Shown: one piece after another, positions 51,479 through 64,000 of the stretch
How the letters are laid out: each line of letters starts with the position of its first letter
How positions within the stretch are numbered: the first letter of the stretch is position 1
Source of the DNA: Eledone cirrhosa
Lineage: Eukaryota
Direction: 5' to 3'
NCBI GenBank assembly: GCA_964016885.1
Contig: OZ024743.1
Span: 342,550,001 to 342,614,000, forward strand
DNA length: 64,000 bases
Translations under genes and position numbers: made by a program
The notes under the pieces: model-generated
Seen by the model: only the letters and a program-made list of their open reading frames with translations
Told to the model about the DNA's origin: nothing
Database searches by the model: none

Positions 51479-51843
51479 CCAGTGTCGAGTACTTTGATAA
51501 GTTATGATCCACTTGCTTACTTTGGTGCGTTATGGTCTTACCTGGTTATACAAATGCGTAAATGAGACTTAGCTAAGTTACTGGTTAGTGGCATCGAACC
51601 AGAGACCAAGTGTTTACTACACGATGTACGTAACCACACGGAGAGGCCTGAAAAAGGATTTAGTATTATAGTATGTCATCATCGCGTAATTGATCTCAGT
51701 AGCGTGCAGCTGGAGTGAGTCCAGGGTTTGTTTGATTTGATTATTGATTAATATGTCATTTACCCCTTGTGGGAAATATTGATGCAAATGTTATTGCAAT
51801 GATAGTGTTCCTTGGCAAATGTCACCAGTATGCAAACTTCCTT

Positions 51844-52073
<230 letters not shown>

Positions 52074-52412
52074 TATATATATATATACACATATATAAAC
52101 ATATATATATACAAACATAGATATATATATATATATATACACATATATAGATATATACATATATATATATACATATATATATGTGTGTGTATATATATAT
52201 ATATGTGTGTGTATATATATATTTATGTGTGTATATATATATTGTATATATATATATATATATATACAATATATATATATACCGTAAATTTTTGGTAGAT
52301 TTATCTACATATATATATATATATATATATATTGTATATATATATACATACATATATATATATATATGTGTGTATATATATATATATATGTGTGTGTGTG
52401 TATATATATATT

Positions 52413-52475
<63 letters not shown>

Positions 52476-52678
52476 TTGTTTTGTATAAGTTATGGAAGTT
52501 TAATCTTTTTTATCACTTGTAATGCCAGTATTTTTCTTTTCCATCCTCACAGCCGAGCTATTTCCATAAACTTGCTTTATGACTAGATATTTCTTTTCAG
52601 TATTCTTCCTTTTTTTATTATTTCACTTATATATATATTATTATTATTACTACCATTATTATTATTACTATTATAAGG

Positions 52679-52763
52679 GGTCTGACGAGCCGTAGATTAC
52701 AGAGTCGGGCTAGATCGATACAGATCGAGCCTTGAGCTGATCAGTGGCGAAACGCGCGTCACC
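52679..52763 (+). ncRNA. Type I hammerhead ribozyme
   Basis: ggt-CTGACGA-gcc..ggc tagatcgatacagatcga gcc..ggc-GAAA-cgcgcg-TC-acc. Confidence 0.8.
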
Positions 52764-52914
52764 AACCAATAAACGTAAGGAAGGAGTAACCACTCGTCCT
52801 TGTTTTATTTTGCTATAATACACTCTGTATAGCTCTACACCTCCTCACAGAAGTGAACCTAAACATCGAGTGCTCACCCGGGTGAAGCTACAGTAACACC
52901 AAGTTACACTCGCT

Positions 52915-52989
<75 letters not shown>

Positions 52990-53153
52990 TCCATATTCCG
53001 ATTATTTGATCAGAGACACACACTGTATTTAAGGTCGAGTGACGCAACTTCGAGTGATCAGCGGCCTTTAGACTCACCTGATCAATAAAACAATTGTTAA
53101 TACCATAAAAAAAAAACTCTTTGTACAGCCAACCATGTTATTCTTCACTTTTT

Positions 53154-53302
<149 letters not shown>

Positions 53303-53870
53303 GATATATATATATAGTGAAAGGGTGAAGAATATATATATATATATATGTGTATATATATATATATTATATATGATTTATTTATGGTCATACACAGAAC
53401 AAAAGCGCTACTTAAATTTTCAAGGCTTAATATTCACCATATATCCAGAATGTAAGAAGGATCAAAAATGTGACCTAATCTTCAGGCGGTTATACGAGTT
53501 TATAAGATACCGTCAAAAGTATATAAATGTAAACGTGAGGCCATAGGATTCTTATGAGCCCTATGCAGGTAAAAAACGGTTGCAAACGGACAATAGGAAA
53601 TAAGTTGTGTTGCTCAAGGATACAACAGTCCGACAAGAACCAAACTCACGGCAGCTATGCGACACTCTCGTAGTTAATAACGTGTGCTAATTTAAAAGTT
53701 AGATGAGATTTATGTAAAAGTTTATTAAGCAACCTAAATTGCTTGAAAATACTCTGTTAAAAGTAAGAAAAATGTTTAATAGAAAATTAAAATATAAAAA
53801 TTATTGTAAAAGAAACGTGTTTAGTGAGTTGTTTTATACAATAAAACTATTAAATTGAGCATAAGCTTTC

Positions 53871-53989
53871 GTTTACGGCCATATCATGCTGAAAACACCG
53901 GTTCTCGTCCGATCACCAAAGTTAAGCAACGTCGAGCCTAGTTAGTACTTAGAGGGGTGACCGCTTGGGAACCCTAGGTGCCGTAAGCG
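53871..53989 (+). rRNA. 5S rRNA: 5S rRNA copy (probably a retroposed pseudogene)
   Basis: gtttacggccatatc..ccggttctcgtccgatc..agttaagc..gttagtactt..gtgaccgcttgggaa..ccgtaagc. 119 nt with paired ends. No T-run terminator. Confidence 0.92.
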
Positions 53990-54160
53990 TGGCAGTATTG
54001 GTAGAAAGGTCGGACATGCTTTCCAGCACAGTTACTTCCCTTAACGATCTGATCCCGCCGAGGTTGACTTTGCCTTTAATCCTTACGGGGTCGATAAAAT
54101 AAAGTACCAGTAATGCACTGGGTAATTTGCTGGCCTTGTGCCAAAAGTAGAAACAATTAT
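53989..54160 (+). mobile_element. SINE fused directly to the 5S 3' end
   Basis: Starts at tggcagtattggtag. B box partly deleted (gatctgatcccgcc). Confidence 0.9.
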
Positions 54161-54295
54161 AATTGTGAACCGAACATCTGAACCACTAAGCATATGGTTC
54201 CATGTGTATAAAGCTAATATCTATAAAGTTAGTTAACTGATATTGTATTGTCTCGGATCAGTGATATACACATTCGTGGTTTCGTTTCATTTTTT

Positions 54296-54707
54296 CCATT
54301 TATCGTCGCCCGGCCGACTAACTCACTCGATATGCAAATTAGGCTGCTCAACCGTTAATATGCAGAAGGAAAGTATATACTTTCAGACTTCAATCATCTG
54401 GCAGGAAGGTATACGATGCTGACGATAGCTAATAAGCTTGAAACTAGTACATCGTTCCTTTGTCAATGTTGAACAAAAGGGCAACGATGGTTGCTAAACA
54501 CTGTTTCGGCTTAATTCGGGCTGTTTGTTTACAAACAAACCGAGCATTATAATAAATGTTCGGTAAACCCATACGTACATATATATATGTGTGCATGTAT
54601 GTATAAATATACATACTACTGTACGTCTGTATACATATATGTATGTACGTATACATACTTATATTTACGTTACAGCAGTACTAAGAGTGAGAAATGAAAT
54701 TTTTTCC

Positions 54708-54710
<3 letters not shown>
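54296..54710 (+). mobile_element. HHR-bearing element; ribozyme at 54413-54455
   Basis: acgatg-CTGACGA-t-agct aata agct-t-GAAA-ctag-TA-catcgt. Inverted copy at 56270-56697. Confidence 0.85.
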
Positions 54711-54766
<56 letters not shown>

Positions 54767-54775
54767 ATACATTAA

Positions 54776-55852
<1,077 letters not shown>

Positions 55853-55959
55853 GTAGATATAGATATAGATATAGATATAGATATAGATATAGATATAAAT
55901 CTGTATATATATAATTATATATTCGTGTACAGATATTTTTGCATACACAATAACAAAAG

Positions 55960-56209
55960 ATAAACAAACGTATTTATTTCACGAGGCTCGACAGCACCAA
56001 AAATAACAACGAAAAAGAGAGGGAATGCAATTACATGCTTTCGAAAAATCTTGATGGAAAATTATTTGCTAATTCACCCAAGGCGACTTCACTTTTTATT
56101 AGAACTTCTGCATCAATTGGTGAACATACGACGAAACTGTTTCAGAAAGGAGAAATAAACAAGCCAATCTAGGTTTAGAATCCCGAGCAACGCCGGGCCA
56201 TTCTGCTAG
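55960..56209 (+). mobile_element. Helitron 3' terminus
   Basis: GC hairpin cccgagcaacgccggg about 8 nt before CTAG followed by T. The 5' extent is a guess. Confidence 0.7.
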
Positions 56210-56214
56210 TATAT

Positions 56215-56267
<53 letters not shown>

Positions 56268-56269
56268 AA

Positions 56270-56697
56270 AAGAATGAAATGAAATTTCATTTCTCACTCT
56301 TAGTACGGCTGATACTTAAATATCGGTATGTATAGGTACATACATATATGTATACGGACGTACAGTAGTATGTATATATATACATACATGCACACATATA
56401 TATATGTACGTATGGGTTTTACCGAGCATTTATTATAATGTTCGGTTTGTTTGTAAATAAACAGCCCGAATTAAGCCGTACATTGTTCAGCAACCATCGT
56501 TGCCATTTTGTTCAACACTGACAAAGGAACGATGAACTAGTTTCAAGCTTATTAGCTATCGTCAGCTTCGTATACCTTCCTGTCAGATGATTGAACGTTT
56601 GAAAGTATATACTTTCCTTATGAATATTAACGGCTGAGCAGCCTAATTTTCATATCGAGTGAGTTAGTCGGCCGGGCGCACCTAAAACGATAAATGG
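56270..56697 (-). mobile_element. Inverted copy of the HHR element at 54296-54710
   Basis: Reverse-complement identity. HHR at about 56529-56571. Confidence 0.85.
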
Positions 56698-57297
56698 CAC
56701 AAGGTCAGCAATTATCCCAGTGCATTACTGATGCTCTGGGATAATTACTGGCCTTTAAATAATATATCTGCATGACATATTGGGTCTTTTAAAGTTGATT
56801 ACGTTTAATTTAACACGAAATTGACATTTATGTCTTAAATGTGTTACACGGCCTCTTCCTTGAAATATTCTTAGGTGAAGACGAAAGATTTCCATTTACA
56901 TTAACTAATAATCATCACTTTCATTATCAATATACTATAGGTTATCTGAAGTTAATAGAAATCTCTTAGTTCATGCATACGAAAATCAGAACGTACATCA
57001 TATATGTTCTGGTTAAAATGAAATATGTGCGTGCGTGCGTGCTCGCGAATGTGTGTGTGTGCGGCCATGCTAGGGCACTGTATTTAAAGATTTTTGTTTC
57101 GATAATATCAACCCAAGTATATTTATTGTATATATTTTACCGATTTCGTAAATATGATGAAAGAAACGTTTCTCTGCCATCAATGGAAATAATTCATTAT
57201 TCAAACATAAATATCTTGAGATATTTCTGGTCGACCTATTTGGTGTCTCAAATATATGTATATGTCTCTCTCTCTCTCTCTCTCTCTCGATCGATCG

Positions 57298-57337
<40 letters not shown>

Positions 57338-57756
57338 ATAATAATTACGAAGTCCAAAATCCGAAGAGGGCTCGATAAGGATTGTATATGCAATAAAAGT
57401 ATATATAAGCCCGTAGAGCATACGCTATTTCAGAAAATCCCGTAATAGGGTGAAAGCAGAAATTCTTCACTTAAACTATAATCAGTACTAATTATATATA
57501 TATATATATATATATATTGAAGACAGATGGATTAGGGGTTAAAGTATTTAGCTCATGTTCGTAAGTTTGCTTATTCGATTCCTGGACCGTCGGTGCACTG
57601 TGTTCCTGAGCAAGTCACGTTATTTCACGTTGCTCCACTCCACTCAACTGGTAAAAATGAACTGTACATATAATTCAACCTGTCACACTGAATCTCCCTG
57701 AGAACTACGTTAAGGACCAAGTAGAGGGCCAGCACACATGCGCGCACACACACACG

Positions 57757-57864
<108 letters not shown>

Positions 57865-58080
57865 GTAAAAGGTAAACAGAAATAACAACGCAATCGTTAC
57901 AGTATATGGAAGGAATATATTAGGTTAACGCTTGAAATAGCAGGAAGAGGGTCTTAACGTTTCGGACGCTAGTCCATAATCAGACGAAAGAGTGAGAAAT
58001 AAGATAGATTGAAAGGACGGGCGGGGTGGAGTAGGAAAAATGTCTTTAGATAAAAATAACAGGTCATTCGTTTTGACATC
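57865..58080 (-). mobile_element. HHR-family 3' end (core decayed to CTGATTA)
   Basis: gt-CTGATTA-t-gga ctagcg tcc-GAAA-cgt-TA-agac. Confidence 0.6.
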
Positions 58081-58117
58081 TCTCTCTCTATATATATATA
58101 TATATGTTTGTAGAGGG

Positions 58118-58163
<46 letters not shown>

Positions 58164-58435
58164 GAGAGAGAGAGAGAGAAAGGGATAGATAGATAACTTT
58201 CTATTTATTTGCCACCAGGGCATCAAAGATTGGGACAAATACAAGGGAGGGAGTTTACATACATTTCAAAGGACGAGTAAAAACATATAACAAATCAAAT
58301 TCAACAATCGAAGTCCTCAATAGGGAGGGGGCGTTGACGTGGGTAGCACACACCCCCGAAAAAATGTGCAACTCTCCTCCTCAGGAGTACAAAGAGCGGT
58401 GCTCCTTTCCTCTCCTCCTTCTTCTCCTCTCTCAC

Positions 58436-61400
58436 CTACAGGCTGATATAGAGAGAAGGCCCATTCACTCGGGCCATTCTCGCCACTTTCCCCCACATTT
58501 CGTAAAACTTGCTGGGGTAGAGCACCTCTCTCTCTATTCTCATCCTTCTTCTAAATCGGTACTTGAAAAAAAGGACCAGTTGTTGGCCGGAGAGAAAAAT
58601 GTCTGACCTCAGCCGTTTCAACCTCGTACACCATACAACCTCTTTCGCCATAGCTATCACACAGAGGAAAACCACCTCTCCTTCGTTTTTGAAGGGGGGG
58701 GGGGGAGGCGGTTTGATCGTGACAGTGTACTCGGTGGTCAACCGGATTGGTCCCACCCGCGACAGTAGTCGTTCCACATAGCCCCACAACTCAGCAACGC
58801 CCGGGCAGTGTACGAATGCGTGCGCGATGGTTTCCTCGTCACGCAAGCATCTCGGACAGATCTTCTTCGAGGGGTCCCTACCCGGGCGCCCGTGTCTGTA
58901 GAGCTTGTCCCGAACGGGTAGAGCTCCTCGGTAGCACTGCCAAGCCAGGGACTTTTGGAAGTTGTCCATCGGTCCCGGGCCAAACGTCCTACCGAACAGA
59001 CTGGCTAGCTCGTCTTCATCCATGCCCCAGAGCCTCTCCAAGAGCGTCGTCGCACTTGCTGCGCACCAACCCTCTATAGAATGTTGAGGTTGAGTCTCCA
59101 TTGATTGCCGGATCCGCTTGCCAGAGGGCCGTGAGCGCCTGGGCACATTCAATGTGCCAGTCGCCCACTTTTCTCGGTCTTTGCTTGACCCAAGATTGCA
59201 GCTCGGTGAGTGAGGCGAGTCTCGGAATGGCTCACCTCACAAAAGGGGCCCACACCGGCTGACCGGTGATGAATACCTGGAGGTGCCGTAGCCTCAATGC
59301 GTGTCTACGCATCGTCAGCCACGACAACCCCAGCCCTCCATTCGAAGGATGTTGAACGCAGATGGATCTTCTCACCAAAGGGCCCGCTTCTTCCAAAGGA
59401 ATCGGAAGAGCACGCTCCATTTTGGCGAGCGTTTTCGCTGGGCAAGGTACGACGGTCAAGCAGTAGTAGATGACGGACGCTATATAAGTGTTCGCCACCT
59501 CCGCTCGACCTTTCAGGGATAGTTTTCACTCGGCTCACTTCTGGGCGAGTGCAAACACCCTGCCGTTACCTCGTTCCAGTTTTTCTCCACCTTGAGGTCC
59601 GGTCTGAACCAGACCCCGAGCAGCTTCACCGGTCCCTCCGTCCAGCCTCCGACGACGCCGTCGGAGGCCATCGGTTTGCCTCTCCACATTCCGAGTTGCA
59701 AACTGACGGACTTGTCCCGGTTCAGCTTGACTCCTGTAAACCTTTCGTATTCCTCCAGTAAGGTGCTGATCGAGGCGCACGACACCATTACAGTCACGTC
59801 ATCGGCGTAGGCCGACACCGCTTTCCACAATCCCGGTTCCAAGGGGATTCCCTGCAACAACTCCGACTTCCGCAGTAGTGGTTCGAGAGCCAGCACATAC
59901 AGAAAGGAGGAGAGAGGGCATCCCTGTCGGATGGATCGCGCGATTTGGAACGGCTCCGAGAGGTAGCCGTTCACTTTGATCCGCGAGCAGGCGTTGCGGC
60001 TGTGCACTGCAGCAATCCAGTCCCTGAAAACGGATCCGAAGCCTGCCGCCGCGAGCACCGCATCCAGGTACCGATGGTCGACCCTATCGAACGCCTTAGA
60101 TTGATCCAAGTTGATCAGGGCCCCACCAAAGCCGGGTTTACACTCTACCCTCTCTACGGTGTATCGCATGAGCTGGAGGTTGTCGTGTATGGACCTGGAC
60201 GGGATTGCTCATGTCTGCGCTTCTCCCACCAGGTTCCCGACAATAAGCGCCAACCTCTTCGCTAAGACCTTGGCCAAAATCTTTAACTCTGTGTTTAGCA
60301 GAGCTATGGGCCTGAAGTTATCTATGTCATCCCCCTTGTTCTCGTCCTTCCTCACCAGCGTGACTACGTCCTTGGTCACAGAACTGGGAATTCTCCCGTT
60401 CTGTTGCCAGTTGCAGTAGACCACCTCGAGGAGATCGGAGAACAAATCCGGCATCTCTACATGAAGTTCGTATGGTAGACCATCGAGACCGGGAGATTTG
60501 CGTTTGCCGCATTGGCTAAGCACTTCCTCTATTTCAGCGGCTGAAATCGGCCTTTCTCAGGACTTCGCCTCCCCGTCCGAGAACCGCGGCAGACCGTCGA
60601 GGTATGGACCGAAATACATGGCCTCACCTGGCCCGCCGCTCCTCCCGAACAGTCGTGCAAAGTGCCGTTGAAAGGCCGCGCACATCCGCTCAGGTTCAAG
60701 GATCACGCGTCCATTCTGGTCCTTCAAAGACTGAATCGTGGACTTGTTTCCACTTTTTGCCTCTGTCACTCGGGCTCAGCTAACAACTTTGGCTCCCTCG
60801 TTACCCATAGCACGTATTTTACTCCTGACAACACAGCCCTCGTGCTTTGCGTCACAAAGAACTGGTCTAGTGCCGTTCTTGACGTCAGCACGCCGGCCAC
60901 GTTGCCACTCCTAATCGCCTCTTCTACTCTATCTATCAATTCCCTTTCAGTTCTATTCCTATCTGATGCTAATTCAAGACTAAAACCTATCGATTCTATT
61001 CTAATTTCTCTCTTGAGAGAGCCGCATCACCTGCTGTTGACAATTGCCCCCGTCAACCGCTGCTTAACTAGAGTGCTAATCCGCTTACTGTAAGCTTTGT
61101 TTGTCGGTAAGGACAAGCTTAGCTTCCAGTAACCGGGTCCTTGTGTATGGGTTCTAACAAGGTTGACCACTCCAGGCACCAACTTTTGATCCGAATAGTC
61201 AACCATGAACATTCGTGGACAGCTTAATATGTCCCTATCCTTATTTCTAACTAGGAACCTATCTAGGTACGACCTAGATGTTCCGCTACGATTAGTCCAC
61301 GTCCACAGTGGCACAGTCGGGAAATCTAGTCGATATCTATCGGCCAGATCAAATCGGCCGATTAACCGTTTGAGGCTGTTACACCCCCCTCTATCGGGAC

Positions 61401-61866
61401 ATGACCCTACATAGTCCCAACGTACATCCAGGATACCATTCCAGTCCCCCACTAAAAGCAAGGACCGACACGTTCCCAGAAAATTCTCTAGGTGCTGGAA
61501 GAAGTCCGGTCGCGGTGTTCCAGATGGGGCATACGCTGCCACCAGCATGAAGGCTCCACCTTCACTACTACCTACGTCTAGAACCACCAGTCGACCCTCC
61601 GGGTCCAGGTCTACCTTCCGTGTTGTGAGGCCCAGATGTTTTAGCAGCAGAACGACCACCCCGCCCCCACCCCCCGGCTGACAGAGAGATGCATAGATCT
61701 CAAAGTCGTCGAAGATGGGGGCCAGTTGGTGCTCGCTGCTGATCCTGGACTCGCAAATCGCTATCACATCCATTCTGTGCGACCTGAGGACATTTAAGTG
61801 TGTGCCCTGCTTCCAGGATATCCCCAGGCCGCGCACATTTAAACATCCAACTCTTATAACAACCAT
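58436..61866 (-). pseudogene. Tx1 ORF2 (APE endonuclease, reverse transcriptase, zf-RVT)
   Basis: LNVRGL, ICES, GDWN, SYLDRF, KSPGLDGLP, FRPIALLN, LDQSKAFDRV, IRQGCPLS, AYADDV, CPRC..ETIAHAFVHC. Split over about 7 ORFs. Confidence 0.92.
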
Positions 61867-62439
61867 GCTGGTGGTAAAGAGTTTAGAGTGGAGAAAAAGG
61901 AAAATACACCTACCTGTCCTTCTCCTGGGGACCAGGCTGCACTATTTCCATGGGGGTGTCGGCGGGGTTGTTTGGTGGGGTGGTGGTTTGTGATGTGGTG
62001 GGAACATCAGTGTGTGGTGGGGTGGGGTGTATGGGGTGGTGGTGAGGAAACATTTCAAGAGGACGCGGTTGATAGGTCTAGTACAGGGGTTCCCCACGTC
62101 CTCGGGAAAGTTCTGTTTGAGCATTGCGTAGGTATCCCTTGGGACCCTAATCATTTTTAAATGCGGTTTAGTCGTTGGTGAACATTTTCCCTTCGGTTTC
62201 CACCGAAGGGTCTTTGTCTATCGTTTGCACAAGTGTTTTGTTGTTTGTGTTGGTGTATGTATACTGTTTTTGTTGGATTGTGTATGTTTTTGTTTGTTGT
62301 TCTTGTGTGTGTTTGCGTTTTGTAGTATGTGTTATGTTTTCGGGAGGGGTGGGTGTTTTTGTTTTTGATGTTTGTTCTGTTTGTGCTGGTGGTTGTGTTG
62401 TTGTGTGGGGTGGGCAGAAGCGTCTTTTTTTTTGGGGGG

Positions 62440-63320
62440 GGGGGCATTTAAAAGGGGACAGGAAGCCCTCAGGTGACCACTTCTTGAACAGTGGTAGCAT
62501 GAAAGCTGCCTTCCCTCAACAGAAATGTTTATGAAGGCGACTCCATCCAGGGACACACGCTGCGGTATTCTTGCTATCCGTTCTGGTCTTATTTGGACCA
62601 GAACTTCAAGGCTATTGCCGCCGAATACGCCCACGGTGGATTCGCCTATCGAAAGGATTGTGTCCTCATCTTCTAAGAATCCCGTTAGCACCCACCAAAT
62701 GCTCGCATTTGGCCTGATATCCGAGATTCTTATCTTTTGAGTTCTTTTCCCAAAATATGTGGGGAAAAGGTGTATGCTTTGGATACAATTGGCGACACAG
62801 AATATTTCCGTGCCGCCAATTCATCTTGCATTAAAACAGATATGCTTCCATACAGTTTCCCTTTCTGTATGAAAGCGATATCCTTCCAGGCACTACTTAG
62901 GACCAGCTCAATTTCGCTTTAGGACAATTGAGCCGGTTTCCTAGTCGTGTTGGAAACTGTCCTAAAGATTACGGTCCTGAAGACTGTGTCCCTTCTAATT
63001 TCTTCGGGGGAGGTAATTGTGAATTCTCCAACTTCCCCGAAAGTTACACAATTCCTTGCTTCTTTCAGCAATTTCTCGGTATTCGAGATGTCCAGTGCCT
63101 TGTATGTCTGCCTTTATCGGACTGCCTGTGCGAAGGAGACTACAGCTGTGGGTCCGTTTTCTTTCGTGTTGTTATCATTGTTGTTGTTATTCGTGTTGGC
63201 TTGCTTTTTTCCTTTGTTGGTGTTGTCATTATTGCTGTTATTGGTTGTGTTGTTATTGTCATTGTTGTTCTTGTTTGTGTAATTGTTACTTTTGGGGTTT
63301 ACACCCATTTCCACATTTTT
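62440..63320 (-). pseudogene. Tx1 ORF1 (gag-like, zinc knuckle)
   Basis: ISVEGRQLSCYHCSRSGHLRASCP. Asn-rich N-terminal part. Interrupted. Confidence 0.75.
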
Positions 63321-63649
63321 TCTTTTGATTCCGTCGTGTTTTTGCGGGAGTGAGGAGGGAAGGCTTACAGCATTATGCTGCTACCTTGTCTCTATCACTT
63401 TCCTTGGGGGGCGTGGCATGTGTCGTATTAATGGCGTCCATTGTCACTAAACGACTTTTCATCGACAACTTATAACTATTAAATTTCGCCCCAAAAAGGG
63501 GCGAAATTTATTTTACCCAACGTCTGCAGGCCCAGGCGGGCGAGAGGTTAAACACAACAAATAACAAGTTACTTAAACAAACCTACCGCTTCGCGTAATA
63601 AATTCCGACAAAATGCAGGAGCGAAACAAAAACACGTCTATCTTCTACG

Positions 63650-63729
<80 letters not shown>

Positions 63730-63885
63730 GGAGAGAGAGAGAAGGCATGTATCTCCACGCTTACTTCCTGTGTATTGGTCAACCAGCTGTTGAAGTCACT
63801 TACTGACACAAGTTGCAATGAAGTATGTGATTGATGGGCTGGGCAGAGTTTGTAACTGTACGGCCATGATTTTTGTCATATATAC

Positions 63886-64000
63886 TAATAATTGTTTCTA
63901 CGCTTGGCACAAGGCCAGCAATTAACCAGTGCATTACTGGTACTTTATTTTATCGACCCCGAAAGGATGAAAGGTAAATTAAACCTCGACGGAATTTGAA
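63886..64000 (-). mobile_element. SINE (runs off the window)
   Basis: Reverse complement of the SINE 3' half. Confidence 0.88.

Larger units (their letters stand above)
58196..63650 (-). mobile_element. Near-full-length L1/Tx1-clade LINE, frameshifted
   Basis: ORF1 with CCHC knuckle; ORF2 with APE, RT and C-terminal zinc motif; AATAAA near the 3' end; (GATA)n on both sides. Confidence 0.93.

Overview
AT-rich eukaryotic non-genic DNA full of (TA)n/(CA)n/(GA)n microsatellites. It is probably from a cephalopod (octopus-like); this is inferred from the tRNA-derived SINE and the repeat landscape. No intact host gene is visible, and most listed ORFs are microsatellite noise. The window is a stack of retroelements: a near-full-length, frameshifted L1/Tx1 LINE (58.2-63.6 kb, minus), fragments of RTE, CRE, R4/Dong, HERO-like, Vingi-like and Gypsy elements, about 14 SINE copies, a 5S rRNA copy fused to a SINE, and several Penelope-like elements (PLEs: Neptune-like, three Naiad-like, one other). 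The main hidden signal is RNA structure. By eye I find about 30 intact or decayed type I hammerhead ribozyme (HHR) motifs from more than 12 unrelated families, almost all inserted in (TA)n. They often form long fold-back palindromes or 261/310/694-nt terminally repeated, retrozyme-like monomers, and they show recurrent core variants (U10.1-U11.1, U3:A8). Two separate Naiad-like endonuclease fragments carry an in-frame TGA exactly at a conserved Cys, which suggests selenocysteine-encoding retrotransposons. All structures and alignments were read manually, and coordinates may be off by a few bases.
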